DNA of 64,000 nucleotides from an uncultured Ignavibacteriales bacterium. Its GTDB lineage: Bacteria > Zixibacteria > MSB-5A5 > GN15 > FEB-12. The translations under genes and the position numbers were made by a program. The stretch's first letter is position 1. Each line of letters opens with the position of its first letter. The stretch spans positions 124,001-188,000 of the forward strand of contig CAYXJN010000007.1 of NCBI GenBank assembly GCA_964464605.1, given 5' to 3'. Below, piece after piece: positions 1-8,549 of this stretch. The notes under the pieces are model-generated. The model saw only the letters and a list, made by a program, of their open reading frames with translations. It ran no database searches and had not been told where the DNA came from.

Positions 1-635
1 AATTTGGGCAACTGGCCGGTGCCGTACATCGTGTCAGGCGTTACTAAGTACGGTGCGGCGATTTCGGTGTAGCCGTCCTTGATATGCGTGTCGAGCATAT
101 AGCTGACCAAAGCCCGTTGTAAACGCGCGCCTGCGCCTTTAAGCAGATAAAAACCTGAACCGGAAATTTTCGCCGCCGCTTCCAGATCCATAATGCCGAG
201 TTTGGCGCCGATTTCCCAGTGCGGTAAAACAGTAAAGTTCGGTTTCGGAATCTCTCCCCATTCACGAACAACGACATTCGAGTCGGCATCAGGTCCAACC
301 GGCACAGTATCATGCGGCAGGTTCGGAATCCAGCTTAACCGCAAATTCAAATCGGTTTCAAGGGTGCGTATCTGTTCGTCGAATTGGGTGATATCATCAC
401 CGACTTTGCGCATCGCGACAATGGCCTCTTCAGCCGGTTCTCCTGCTTTTTTCTTCTGCGCAATTTCAGCCGACACGCGGTTGCGCTCCGCTTTTAAAAC
501 TTCGACTTTTTTGAGAATATCACGGCGCTCTTCATCGAGCTTTATTATTCCGTCGATGTCCGACGCATCATTCTTACTGGCTAATTTGGCTTTTACAAAA
601 TCCGTATTTTCACGGATAAACTTAAGATCAAGCAT
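1..635 (-). CDS. serS: Serine--tRNA ligase, N-terminal part; runs off the window edge
   Basis: Not in the ORF track. Manual translation from ATG at 635: MLDLKFIREN...coiled coil...WIPNLPHDTVPVG...HWEIG...SGSGFYLLKG...MYGTGQLPK, a typical SerRS sequence. Confidence 0.96.
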   Translation of the reverse strand, partial: MLDLKFIRENTDFVKAKLASKNDASDIDGIIKLDEERRDILKKVEVLKAERNRVSAEIAQKKKAGEPAEEAIVAMRKVGDDITQFDEQIRTLETDLNLRLSWIPNLPHDTVPVGPDADSNVVVREWGEIPKPNFTVLPHWEIGAKLGIMDLEAAAKISGSGFYLLKGAGARLQRALVSYMLDTHIKDGYTEIAAPYLVTPDTMYGTGQLPK

Positions 636-668
636 GAGACTTCTTTCCGGTTTTACAAGTGATGGGTA

Positions 669-697
669 AGTATAACGAGTCTCCATATAATAGTCAA
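669..697 (-). promoter_or_regulatory. Sigma70-type promoter of serS
   Basis: Minus strand TTGACT-N17-TATACT, 33 nt upstream of the serS ATG. Confidence 0.7.
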
Positions 698-867
698 ATT
701 GGCGGGGGCACGTACTTGCCAACTTTAACCATTGCATTGCAACAACTTACGACTTACCGCCGAGTCTGTCTTGCGACAATTTCAGCGGCAAAAACCGAGC
801 GGCTATTGCCTTTCTGAAAGAAATATGCGATGTTATGGTTTGCCCTTTGAAAGGAGATAATCGAAAC

Positions 868-1095
868 GTGTCAAAAATATGTGATCTCTGCGGGAAGAAG
901 CCGGTGTATGGACATCAGGTTTCTCACGCACACAATATCAGCAGCCGTCGCTGGATGCCGAATCTTCAGCATGTCCATGCTAAAGTAAACGGTGTTTCCA
1001 AGAAGATCTGTGTCTGCACCTCCTGCCTGAAAGCAGGTAAAGTAGTCAAGAACGTCCGTGGCGTTAATAAGAAGACTACTGCCGCTACTGTATAA
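868..1095 (+). CDS. rpmB: 50S ribosomal protein L28 (Zn-ribbon form)
   Basis: SKICDLCGKKP..GHQVSHAH..SRRWMPNL...VCTSCLK. GTG start at 868 follows AAGGAG at 851-856. Confidence 0.96.
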   Translation: MSKICDLCGKKPVYGHQVSHAHNISSRRWMPNLQHVHAKVNGVSKKICVCTSCLKAGKVVKNVRGVNKKTTAATV

Positions 1096-1117
1096 TCAGT
1101 ACAGTTTGAAGAATATC

Positions 1118-1154
1118 AAGCCGCTTATCCGACCGGGTGAGCGGCTTTTTATTT
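1118..1154 (+). terminator. Intrinsic terminator of rpmB
   Basis: AAGCCGCTTATCC-gacc-GGGTGAGCGGCTT hairpin (G-U pairs work on + strand) followed by a T-rich tract. Confidence 0.85.
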
Positions 1155-1173
1155 ATCTATACGATTTTCCACG

Positions 1174-1298
1174 AAACAAAAAACCGCCGGGAGGAGCAAG
1201 CCCGACGGTCTGGCAAAACTGCATTCCAATAGCAGTAAGGGGGAGAGTTGTTAATTTTGTCCCCTTTTATTCAGCCGATAGCTGAATTCGATCCCTCA
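1174..1298 (-). ncRNA. Putative sigma54-dependent small RNA (~125 nt, four stem-loops)
   Basis: Adjacent hairpins at 1269-1287, 1237-1266, 1218-1236, plus a terminator at 1183-1209 with a U tract on the minus strand. A -24/-12 motif lies just upstream. No credible ORF. Confidence 0.55.
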
Positions 1299-1309
1299 CC
1301 AACTCCAAA

Positions 1310-1324
1310 GCAGAGCCAATGCCT
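1310..1324 (-). promoter_or_regulatory. Putative sigma54 (-24/-12) promoter
   Basis: Minus strand AGGCATTGGCTCTGC has exact GG-N10-GC spacing. An IHF-like AATCAATGATGTA (one mismatch) lies at about 1337-1349. Confidence 0.5.
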
Positions 1325-1441
1325 TAGCGCAGAAAAAATCAATGATGTATTGCTTGAGGTTACGAGCGACAGAGCAAAACAAACCAGAGAAACTATCGGG
1401 AGGAATCAATACTCTGCGGGAAACGGCTTATATAATGATAG

Positions 1442-1481
1442 AAATTAAAACGCCGCCGGCAGGGTAGTTTAGCCGACGGCG
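1442..1481 (-). terminator. Intrinsic terminator downstream of ftsZ
   Basis: Minus strand CGCCGTCGGC-loop-GCCGGCGGCG followed by TTTTAATTT. The U-G wobble pair works only on the minus strand. Confidence 0.7.
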
Positions 1482-1578
1482 CTGAGGAGGAACCAACAAT
1501 GTCACAGAGTATCTGCGACGCGACCGGATATTCGCGTTGCGTTTCGCTCTGCCATTGTTATGGCATTTTTATATAGGT

Positions 1579-2841
1579 CTATTTTCTATCATCGAGACGA
1601 CGTAAATACGCCGGAACGCTGCGGTCTTCTTCGGAAAACATCGGAACTTTGAAATCGCCATGCCCTTTGCCGTTTCCGTTTCCATTACCGTTTCCGTTAC
1701 CACCATAGTGGTCATCGTATGCACCGACTTCAACCGGCTCAGGTTCCGGTTCCGGCATTGGCGGAACGACCGGAGCAGGTTTCGCCGTAGCAGTCGGTTC
1801 GTTAAACAGAGAGATCGATTGTCCCGGCATGGTGACGGAGACACGTTTTTCTTCCGCCTTGCGCATCGTTTCATGGCCGCCGATACCGGTAGCGATAACG
1901 GTGACGCGCATTTGATTGGAAAGGGTCGGATCGACAACAGCACCGAAAATGATATTGGCATCATTACCGGCAGCTTCATAGACAAGCGAGGTAGCTTCGT
2001 TGACATCAAACAATGTCATATCTTCCCCGCCGGTGACGTTGATAAGCACGCCTTTGGCGCCGCTGATGGAGACATTTTCCAGAAGCGGTGAGGCAATGGC
2101 CATACGGGCAGCATCAACAGCTTTTTCTTCGCCGGTACCGAAACCGGTGCCCATCAAGGCATCCCCCATCTCCTGCATGACCGTGCGGACATCGGCAAAG
2201 TCGCAGTTGATAAGACCGGGAATAGTCAGTAATTCAGAAATACCGCGAGTCGCCTGATGCAGTACATCATCGGCGGAGGCAAAAGCGGCCCCGAGAGTCG
2301 TTTTCTTATCGACAATCGAGAGTAAGCGTTCGTTCGGAATCGTAATTAATGTATCAACTTTGCTGCGCAGTTCGGCGAGTCCCTGATCGGCACGCTGTGA
2401 ACGTTTAGCACCTTCAAAGCGGAACGGTTTGGTAACGATAGCAACAGTTAATGCACCACTGGCTTTAGCGATTTCGGCGACAATCGGCGCTGCACCGGTA
2501 CCGGTACCACCACCCATTCCGGCCGTGATAAACACCATATGCGGGCTGCCAAGCACATCTTTGAACATGTGGCGGCTTTCTTCCATCGCCTTGCGGCCGA
2601 CTTCAGGATTGGCACCGGCCCCTAAACCGCCGGTAACATCTTTCCCGATCTGCACCCGTTTTTCGGCGCGGTTCATATCAAGCGCCTGCGCATCGGTATT
2701 AAGCGCGATAAACTCTACACCCTTCAGTCCCGCCTCGATCATCCGGTTGATCGCGTTCCCCCCGGAACCGCCCACACCAACCACTTTCAGGCTGGCGTAG
2801 CCGACGAAATCCTCTGCAAAGTTGAATTCATGTTTTGTCAT
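1579..2841 (-). CDS. ftsZ: Cell division GTPase FtsZ
   Basis: VVGVGGSGGNA, GGGTGTG tubulin motif, INCDFADV, C-terminal VPAYLRR. Confidence 0.99.
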   Translation of the reverse strand: MTKHEFNFAEDFVGYASLKVVGVGGSGGNAINRMIEAGLKGVEFIALNTDAQALDMNRAEKRVQIGKDVTGGLGAGANPEVGRKAMEESRHMFKDVLGSPHMVFITAGMGGGTGTGAAPIVAEIAKASGALTVAIVTKPFRFEGAKRSQRADQGLAELRSKVDTLITIPNERLLSIVDKKTTLGAAFASADDVLHQATRGISELLTIPGLINCDFADVRTVMQEMGDALMGTGFGTGEEKAVDAARMAIASPLLENVSISGAKGVLINVTGGEDMTLFDVNEATSLVYEAAGNDANIIFGAVVDPTLSNQMRVTVIATGIGGHETMRKAEEKRVSVTMPGQSISLFNEPTATAKPAPVVPPMPEPEPEPVEVGAYDDHYGGNGNGNGNGNGKGHGDFKVPMFSEEDRSVPAYLRRLDDRK

Positions 2842-2865
2842 AGTTCCTCCGTGAATGGTTCTCTC

Positions 2866-4086
2866 CTAAAATTGTCGTGCTATCCAATGTTCTAATTTTC
2901 TCATCATTCGTTTGATTGATCCGGATTTTCCGGCCTGCATCGGTTCGTTGGTGAATCCATACACCAACAGTCCAATGACTGCTGCGTAGCGCGGCGAATT
3001 GAATTCTTCCGGAATATGCTCCACACCGTGGATATGTCCGACCCGCACCGGTAAATCAAAAAGCTGTTCCGCTAATTCGACCGTTCCCGGCATAGCTGCG
3101 CCGCCGCCGGTAAGGATCAGGTTTCCAATCGAGGCACCTCTGATTCCGGAACGCTTGAGTTCACGCGCGACCATGGAGAAAATTTCCTCCATACGCGGTT
3201 CGATAATCGTGGCGAGGACGTTGCGGGAAATATCTTTTCCGCCGCGAGCTCCGGCTGTCGGGACATGGATCAATTCTTCTGCATCAACGAGCGAGGCCAT
3301 CGCTGCGCCGTGGCTCAGTTTCAATGCTTCCGCTTTATCCGGCTGGGTGCGAAGGCCGATTGCTATGTCGTTAGTGACATTCCGTCCGCCGAGCACAACT
3401 GCGCCGGTGTAGCAGATTGCACCGTCACGAATCGCGGTGATATTGGTTATCTCGCCGCCTATATCGATTAAGATCGCTCCGGATTTGGTATCAGCCGGAG
3501 TTAACAGCACAGTTGAAAGCGCGACCGATTCCAAAACGATATGATCAACTTCCAAACGGCAGCGTTCGATGGCGCGATAGATATTTTGCGCCGTCGTTAC
3601 GGAAGCAGTTACGATATTGACTTCCACTTCCAGACGGTTTCCGGTCATCCCTATCGGATCACGAATCCCTTCCTGGTTATCCACCGAATACCATTGCGGA
3701 ATGACATGAATGATCTCTCTATCAACAGGGAGGCTGACCGTGCGGGCCGCTTCGACCGCTTTGTTGACATCAGCTGCCGTAATTTCAGCATCACTACGGT
3801 TTAAACCGACAACGCCGGTGGAGGTAATCGCGCGAATATGTTCCCCGGCAATCCCAACAGTAAGCCGGTCGATTTCCGTTCCGGAAACCATCTGTGCGTC
3901 ATCGACCGCTTTACGAATGGCGGCGGCAGCTTTTTCCATATCGACTACGACACCACGGCGCAGACCATCGGCCGGCGCTTCCCCATGCCCGATGACATAG
4001 AAATTACCGTGTGCGTCCGCTTCGCCGACTACTGCGACGATTTTGGTCGTACCGATATCGAGTGCCGCAACGAGATTTTCAGCCAT
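2866..4086 (-). CDS. ftsA: Cell division protein FtsA
   Basis: ALDIGTTKI, IDIGG and LTGGGA actin-like motifs; sits directly upstream of ftsZ. Confidence 0.98.
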   Translation of the reverse strand: MAENLVAALDIGTTKIVAVVGEADAHGNFYVIGHGEAPADGLRRGVVVDMEKAAAAIRKAVDDAQMVSGTEIDRLTVGIAGEHIRAITSTGVVGLNRSDAEITAADVNKAVEAARTVSLPVDREIIHVIPQWYSVDNQEGIRDPIGMTGNRLEVEVNIVTASVTTAQNIYRAIERCRLEVDHIVLESVALSTVLLTPADTKSGAILIDIGGEITNITAIRDGAICYTGAVVLGGRNVTNDIAIGLRTQPDKAEALKLSHGAAMASLVDAEELIHVPTAGARGGKDISRNVLATIIEPRMEEIFSMVARELKRSGIRGASIGNLILTGGGAAMPGTVELAEQLFDLPVRVGHIHGVEHIPEEFNSPRYAAVIGLLVYGFTNEPMQAGKSGSIKRMMRKLEHWIARQF

Positions 4087-4871
4087 TAGTCGAATGCTCC
4101 CTCATACGCAGGATTGGTCGGTTTCGGTTTTTCCAGTTTCGATGAATCGATCGGAATCGTCTGCGTTACTATCAAATCACCATGACGAACATCGATAGCG
4201 AGCATCGAATCTCGCGCTACTTTGTACTGCGTTAAAAACGTAGCCAGGTTGTTCCAGTGCGACGCAAACTGGTCGGCGGAGATAAGTACTTTAAAATTCG
4301 ACCCGCTGAAATAAAGCGTCACCGCATTCGGATCGGAAAAGTCGATATCGCTTAACTGTCCGGTCAGGGCCGGATGTTTTCCGCCGTTGCGTATCAGTTC
4401 ACGCGTAATTTCGGCAACGCGGGTATCGCCGGATGTTTTGTATAGACCGCGGAATTTTGCGCCGCTGATCATCGGCATTGTCCAGTTGATCTGCTCTTTT
4501 TCAAGCGGAATCACAAGACCGTCGCTGGTTACGCCATGAATCTTACCGGTCGGTGCATCCAAAAAGAGACTGACCGGCGTGTAATCATTAACCCGGATTG
4601 CAATAGCATGTGGAAACTGATAGTCGACATCTATTTTATGCACTGAGGACGTCGCGATCATAGCCTGCGCGAGACTATCGACTGGCTGCATGAAGACCGG
4701 TTTGCCGGGAGCAAGCGCAAACTCACGATTCCAGTCAATCACCGGATCATTATTCAACGTGACCGCCTGCAGCGTGCATACTTGCGTGAAGTTCGCAATC
4801 AACAGCAGTCCACCGGCGAAGGCGATGATGCTGAACAGCACGATGCGAAGCGGAGTAAAGAACGCTTTCAT
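4086..4871 (-). CDS. ftsQ: Cell division protein FtsQ/DivIB (divergent)
   Basis: N-terminal TM, POTRA-like FPHAIAIRV, C-terminal IDVR; located between murC and ftsA. Confidence 0.8.
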   Translation of the reverse strand: MKAFFTPLRIVLFSIIAFAGGLLLIANFTQVCTLQAVTLNNDPVIDWNREFALAPGKPVFMQPVDSLAQAMIATSSVHKIDVDYQFPHAIAIRVNDYTPVSLFLDAPTGKIHGVTSDGLVIPLEKEQINWTMPMISGAKFRGLYKTSGDTRVAEITRELIRNGGKHPALTGQLSDIDFSDPNAVTLYFSGSNFKVLISADQFASHWNNLATFLTQYKVARDSMLAIDVRHGDLIVTQTIPIDSSKLEKPKPTNPAYEGAFD

Positions 4872-6304
4872 TCGCTCCTCAGAGCATCCAGTATTTTGGT
4901 TTTCATCTGCGTGATCGATCCGGCACCCATGGTGATTACCAGATCACCTTCTTTGGCAATCGCCAGCACCTGTTCGACCGCTTGTTCCTTCGGGCCGATA
5001 TATTTGAGATTGTTATATCCTTTTGCCCGGGCGGCCTGTTCGATTACTTCCGAGGTAACCCCTTCAATCGGTTTTTCGCGCGCCGGATAGATATCGACGA
5101 CCAACGCGGCATCAGCACGGGTAAGCTCTTTCACGAAATCAGGCAGAAAATCACGAGTACGTGAGAACAGGTGCGGCTGAAACGCCACAATCACACGCCC
5201 TTTGGTAAAATGGCGCGCCGCTTCTATCGTCGCGCGGATTTCTGTCGGATGGTGGGCGTAGTCATCGACGACTGTTATTCCTTTTGCTTCACCGATAACT
5301 TCAAAACGACGGCCGACTCCGCGGAATTGCAAAAGACCATCGGAGATAACATCGAACGGTACATCCAACTGACGGCAGGTTGCAATGGTCGCCAGCGCAT
5401 TCATAATATTGTGCATGCCGGGAACGCGGAGATTGATTTCTCCCAAGAGATTCGTGCGCTCATACACCGAGAATCGGCTGCCGATTTTTTCCATTTTGAT
5501 ATTCATGGCGCGATAGTCCGCATCAGCCGTAAGACCGAAGGTCGTGTACGGACGGGCCAACTGTGGACGAACACGCATCAGGTTGGCGTCATCGGCTGAA
5601 ATGACGACTGAACCATAGAATGGCACACGGTTCATGTATTGCACGAAGGTGTTGATCAGATCGGTTTCATCAGCGTAGCAATCGAGATGATCTGCTTCAA
5701 GATTGGTAACGACCGCAATTGACGGATACATCGCCAAGAATGAGCGGTCATATTCATCCGCTTCCGCAACGAGATATTCACCGCTGCCCAGTGCGGCGCC
5801 GGTTCCTAATTCGGCAACGACACCGCCGACAATAATGGTCGGTTGATATTTTCCGGCGCGAAGCACCTGGCCGATCATGGAAGTGGTAGTCGTCTTGCCG
5901 TGTGTTCCGGCGATACCGATAGAGAACTTGAGGCGCATCAACTCGCCGAGCATTTCGGCGCGTTTGATAACGGGGATATTGCGGCGGCGTGCTTCCTGTA
6001 CTTCCGGATTCGATTCACCGACGGCTGAGGAAATAACGACGACATCCGCTTCATGCAGATTTTCCGCGACATGGTTGTTATGCACTCCAATGCCGAGCTG
6101 TTCGAGATACGAGGTTATTTCGCTCGGGGTGTTGTCTGACCCGGAGATTTGGTACCCAAGATTGTGCAGGATTTCAGCGATACCGGACATACCGGCGCCG
6201 CCGATACCGACAAAGTACAGTTTCTTTATTTTACCGAACATAAAACTCCTGCGGACAAACGGAGTTGGTTTTGTCTCATTTTGGGTGTGAATGGCAACGC
6301 TCAC
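4868..6304 (-). CDS. murC: UDP-N-acetylmuramate--L-alanine ligase (alternative start 6241)
   Basis: FVGIGGAGMSG, GTHGKTTT, EADEYD, DDYAHHPTE. Confidence 0.98.
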   Translation of the reverse strand: MSVAIHTQNETKPTPFVRRSFMFGKIKKLYFVGIGGAGMSGIAEILHNLGYQISGSDNTPSEITSYLEQLGIGVHNNHVAENLHEADVVVISSAVGESNPEVQEARRRNIPVIKRAEMLGELMRLKFSIGIAGTHGKTTTTSMIGQVLRAGKYQPTIIVGGVVAELGTGAALGSGEYLVAEADEYDRSFLAMYPSIAVVTNLEADHLDCYADETDLINTFVQYMNRVPFYGSVVISADDANLMRVRPQLARPYTTFGLTADADYRAMNIKMEKIGSRFSVYERTNLLGEINLRVPGMHNIMNALATIATCRQLDVPFDVISDGLLQFRGVGRRFEVIGEAKGITVVDDYAHHPTEIRATIEAARHFTKGRVIVAFQPHLFSRTRDFLPDFVKELTRADAALVVDIYPAREKPIEGVTSEVIEQAARAKGYNNLKYIGPKEQAVEQVLAIAKEGDLVITMGAGSITQMKTKILDALRSE

Positions 6305-7440
6305 GCTCTTCCCTTCTGTTCTTTTAACAAGGTGATTATATCTTCAGCTATCATGTCCAACGCCGGACGTTTCCCTGCGTTGGCTGAACGGATATTGACG
6401 CGCATCCCCATGAATTTTTCCGACTGGATAACATTGGAGGCTTCTTTCAACACATCATGCGAATCAAGCGTGTCCTCGGTTATCATCAGCGCCGTTCCGT
6501 TGGCGACGCATTCTTCCGCGTTTTTCCGCTGATGGTCTCCCGCCGCAATCGGATACGGAATAAGCAGTGCGGGAAGTCCGCACACCGACAATTCCGCAAG
6601 GGTAAGTGCTCCGGCACGGGCAATGGCGAAATCGGCGGCGGCATACACGAGCGGCATTTTTTCTGAAAAGGGAAAAAGGGCGCGCGTAGAAACCTTGTCG
6701 CCCGCGACCGCGGCTATTTCCGTATAGTCCCTTTTTCCCGTTTGCCAAAGCAGCTGCATGCCCGCCGACAGCGATGCATTCGCTAAACTTTTCAACACGG
6801 CGTTATTAATCGCGCTCGCACCCTGACTACCGCCTAAAATCAAAATCGTTTTCTTGTGCGGGTCTAAACCGAATTCGGCGACAGCGCGTTGGCGGTCACC
6901 GTGCGTCAATGAATCACGCACCGGATTACCGGTGACAATCATTGGCGCTTTGGTCTGCAAATAATTTTGTGCCCCTGCAAAGCCGAGGTAGATACGCGAG
7001 GCAAATCCGGCAGCACGACGGGTTACTATGCCCGGGAAAGAATTCTGCTCCTGAATAACTACCGGGATATTGCGGAATGCCGCCATTCGAACGACCGGCC
7101 AGGCCACATAGCCACCGGTTCCGACAACCAATTGCGGATTAAACGAGGTAATCAGCTTGAATGACTGTATCAGCGATGCCGCCACAGCGAACGGGACGAG
7201 CAAGTTTTTCAGCGATAGCCTGCGTACAATACCTCGCATCGCGATAGTCGTAAGCGGATAGCCAAGCGAGTTACCGAGCCGATATTCCAAACCGCGTTTG
7301 GTACCAACAAAACGAATTTCAACTTCACTCTGCCGGCCAAGCTGTGCCTTTAACCGATCAGCGATAGCAATAGCCGGATACAAATGTCCACCCGTGCCGC
7401 CTCCGGCGAAGAGTATGCGATAACCGGTAGTCTGGCTCAT
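6301..7440 (-). CDS. murG: Undecaprenyl-PP-MurNAc-pentapeptide GlcNAc transferase
   Basis: GGGTGGHLYP, GTGGY, EQN, GNPVR, GGSQGA, HQRKNA. Confidence 0.98.
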   Translation of the reverse strand: MSQTTGYRILFAGGGTGGHLYPAIAIADRLKAQLGRQSEVEIRFVGTKRGLEYRLGNSLGYPLTTIAMRGIVRRLSLKNLLVPFAVAASLIQSFKLITSFNPQLVVGTGGYVAWPVVRMAAFRNIPVVIQEQNSFPGIVTRRAAGFASRIYLGFAGAQNYLQTKAPMIVTGNPVRDSLTHGDRQRAVAEFGLDPHKKTILILGGSQGASAINNAVLKSLANASLSAGMQLLWQTGKRDYTEIAAVAGDKVSTRALFPFSEKMPLVYAAADFAIARAGALTLAELSVCGLPALLIPYPIAAGDHQRKNAEECVANGTALMITEDTLDSHDVLKEASNVIQSEKFMGMRVNIRSANAGKRPALDMIAEDIITLLKEQKGRA

Positions 7441-8549
7441 CGCACTGTTCTCCGGGAAAGGTTAAGTAGAATTCCGATAGCGGCGCTGCAAATAATCAAT
7501 GATGAACCACCGTAAGAAATAAACGGAAGCGGCAAACCGGTTACCGGCATTAGCGAGGTAACGACTGCAACGTTAATAGCGATATTAATGAAGAGCATGA
7601 TCGTCATACCGGCGGCAAGCAGATAGCCGAACTTGTCCGGCTGATAGAACGCGATGCGCAAACCGCGATAGACGATTATAAACAAAAGCGCGAGAATAAT
7701 GATCAAGCCGATTAGCCCAACCTCTTCCCCAATCGCAGCAAAAATGAAATCGGTGTACGGGTACGGCAGGAAAAAGAGTTTTTGCATGCCGTCGCCGATT
7801 CCTTTGCCGAACAATCCACCGGCGCCAACTGTTAGCGCCGCCTGTTTCGCCTGATAGCTTCCCTGAAGCGGATCGGCAACCGAAGCGATGTAATCGAACA
7901 CGCGCTGTTGCTTGTATCCGAATACAAACACGACAATAGAAGCAACAGCCGCGACCGGAACAAACGTGAATACCAAGTGCCTGATTCGCGCACCGGCTAA
8001 GAAAAACATCACGATGGCGCATAGCGCGACGACCATTACTGTACTCAGATTCGGTTCAAGCAAAATGAGCAGCAATCCGGTTCCGACTAAAGGGACATAC
8101 GGTAAAAGAATTTTGCGAATCTGTGTCAGGTCACGGGATGGATTCGACAATGAAAACGCGAGATAATACAATAGTAAGAATTTGAACAATTCCGACGGCT
8201 GCATAGTGACCGGACCTAAAAAGAGCCAGCGATGTGATTCATTGCGCGCCGGCATAAGAAATACTAAACCGAGCAGCACGATACTGAACATCAGCGCAAT
8301 CGGTGAGTAAACGGCGAACCGTTTCAAATCAAGCCGCATGATTACCATCACCACGCCGACTGAAACAAGCGACCAGAACAACTGCTGACGCAGAAAATGA
8401 AAATCGGAACCGAATTTGTTTGCGGCCACCATCGACGAAGTAGAATAGACAGCTATCAGCCCTACCAACAACGTCAGCAGGAACGTAATAGCGAGGGTTT
8501 CGTCGAACCCTTTAGCGATGAGTGACGGTCGTATGCGTCGCGTTACCAT
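7437..8549 (-). CDS. ftsW: SEDS peptidoglycan polymerase FtsW
   Basis: Multi-TM protein with QPSE, TDFIFA, EEVG and PFISYGGSS motifs. Confidence 0.97.
   Translation of the reverse strand: MVTRRIRPSLIAKGFDETLAITFLLTLLVGLIAVYSTSSMVAANKFGSDFHFLRQQLFWSLVSVGVVMVIMRLDLKRFAVYSPIALMFSIVLLGLVFLMPARNESHRWLFLGPVTMQPSELFKFLLLYYLAFSLSNPSRDLTQIRKILLPYVPLVGTGLLLILLEPNLSTVMVVALCAIVMFFLAGARIRHLVFTFVPVAAVASIVVFVFGYKQQRVFDYIASVADPLQGSYQAKQAALTVGAGGLFGKGIGDGMQKLFFLPYPYTDFIFAAIGEEVGLIGLIIILALLFIIVYRGLRIAFYQPDKFGYLLAAGMTIMLFINIAINVAVVTSLMPVTGLPLPFISYGGSSLIICSAAIGILLNLSRRTVR

Noticed and set aside
193..669. 158-aa plus-strand ORF and 89-aa minus-strand ORF in the track
   Set aside because: Shadows of serS, which the track missed because it runs off the window edge.
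700..722. GGCACGTACTTGC resembling a sigma54 promoter upstream of rpmB
   Set aside because: The GGCACG-to-TTGC spacing is one base short of consensus, and sigma54 control of a ribosomal protein gene is unlikely.
1058..1448. Two short plus-strand ORFs (75 aa and 66 aa) after rpmB
   Set aside because: They cross terminator hairpins, have no clear SD or recognisable domain, and the region is better explained as structured RNA.
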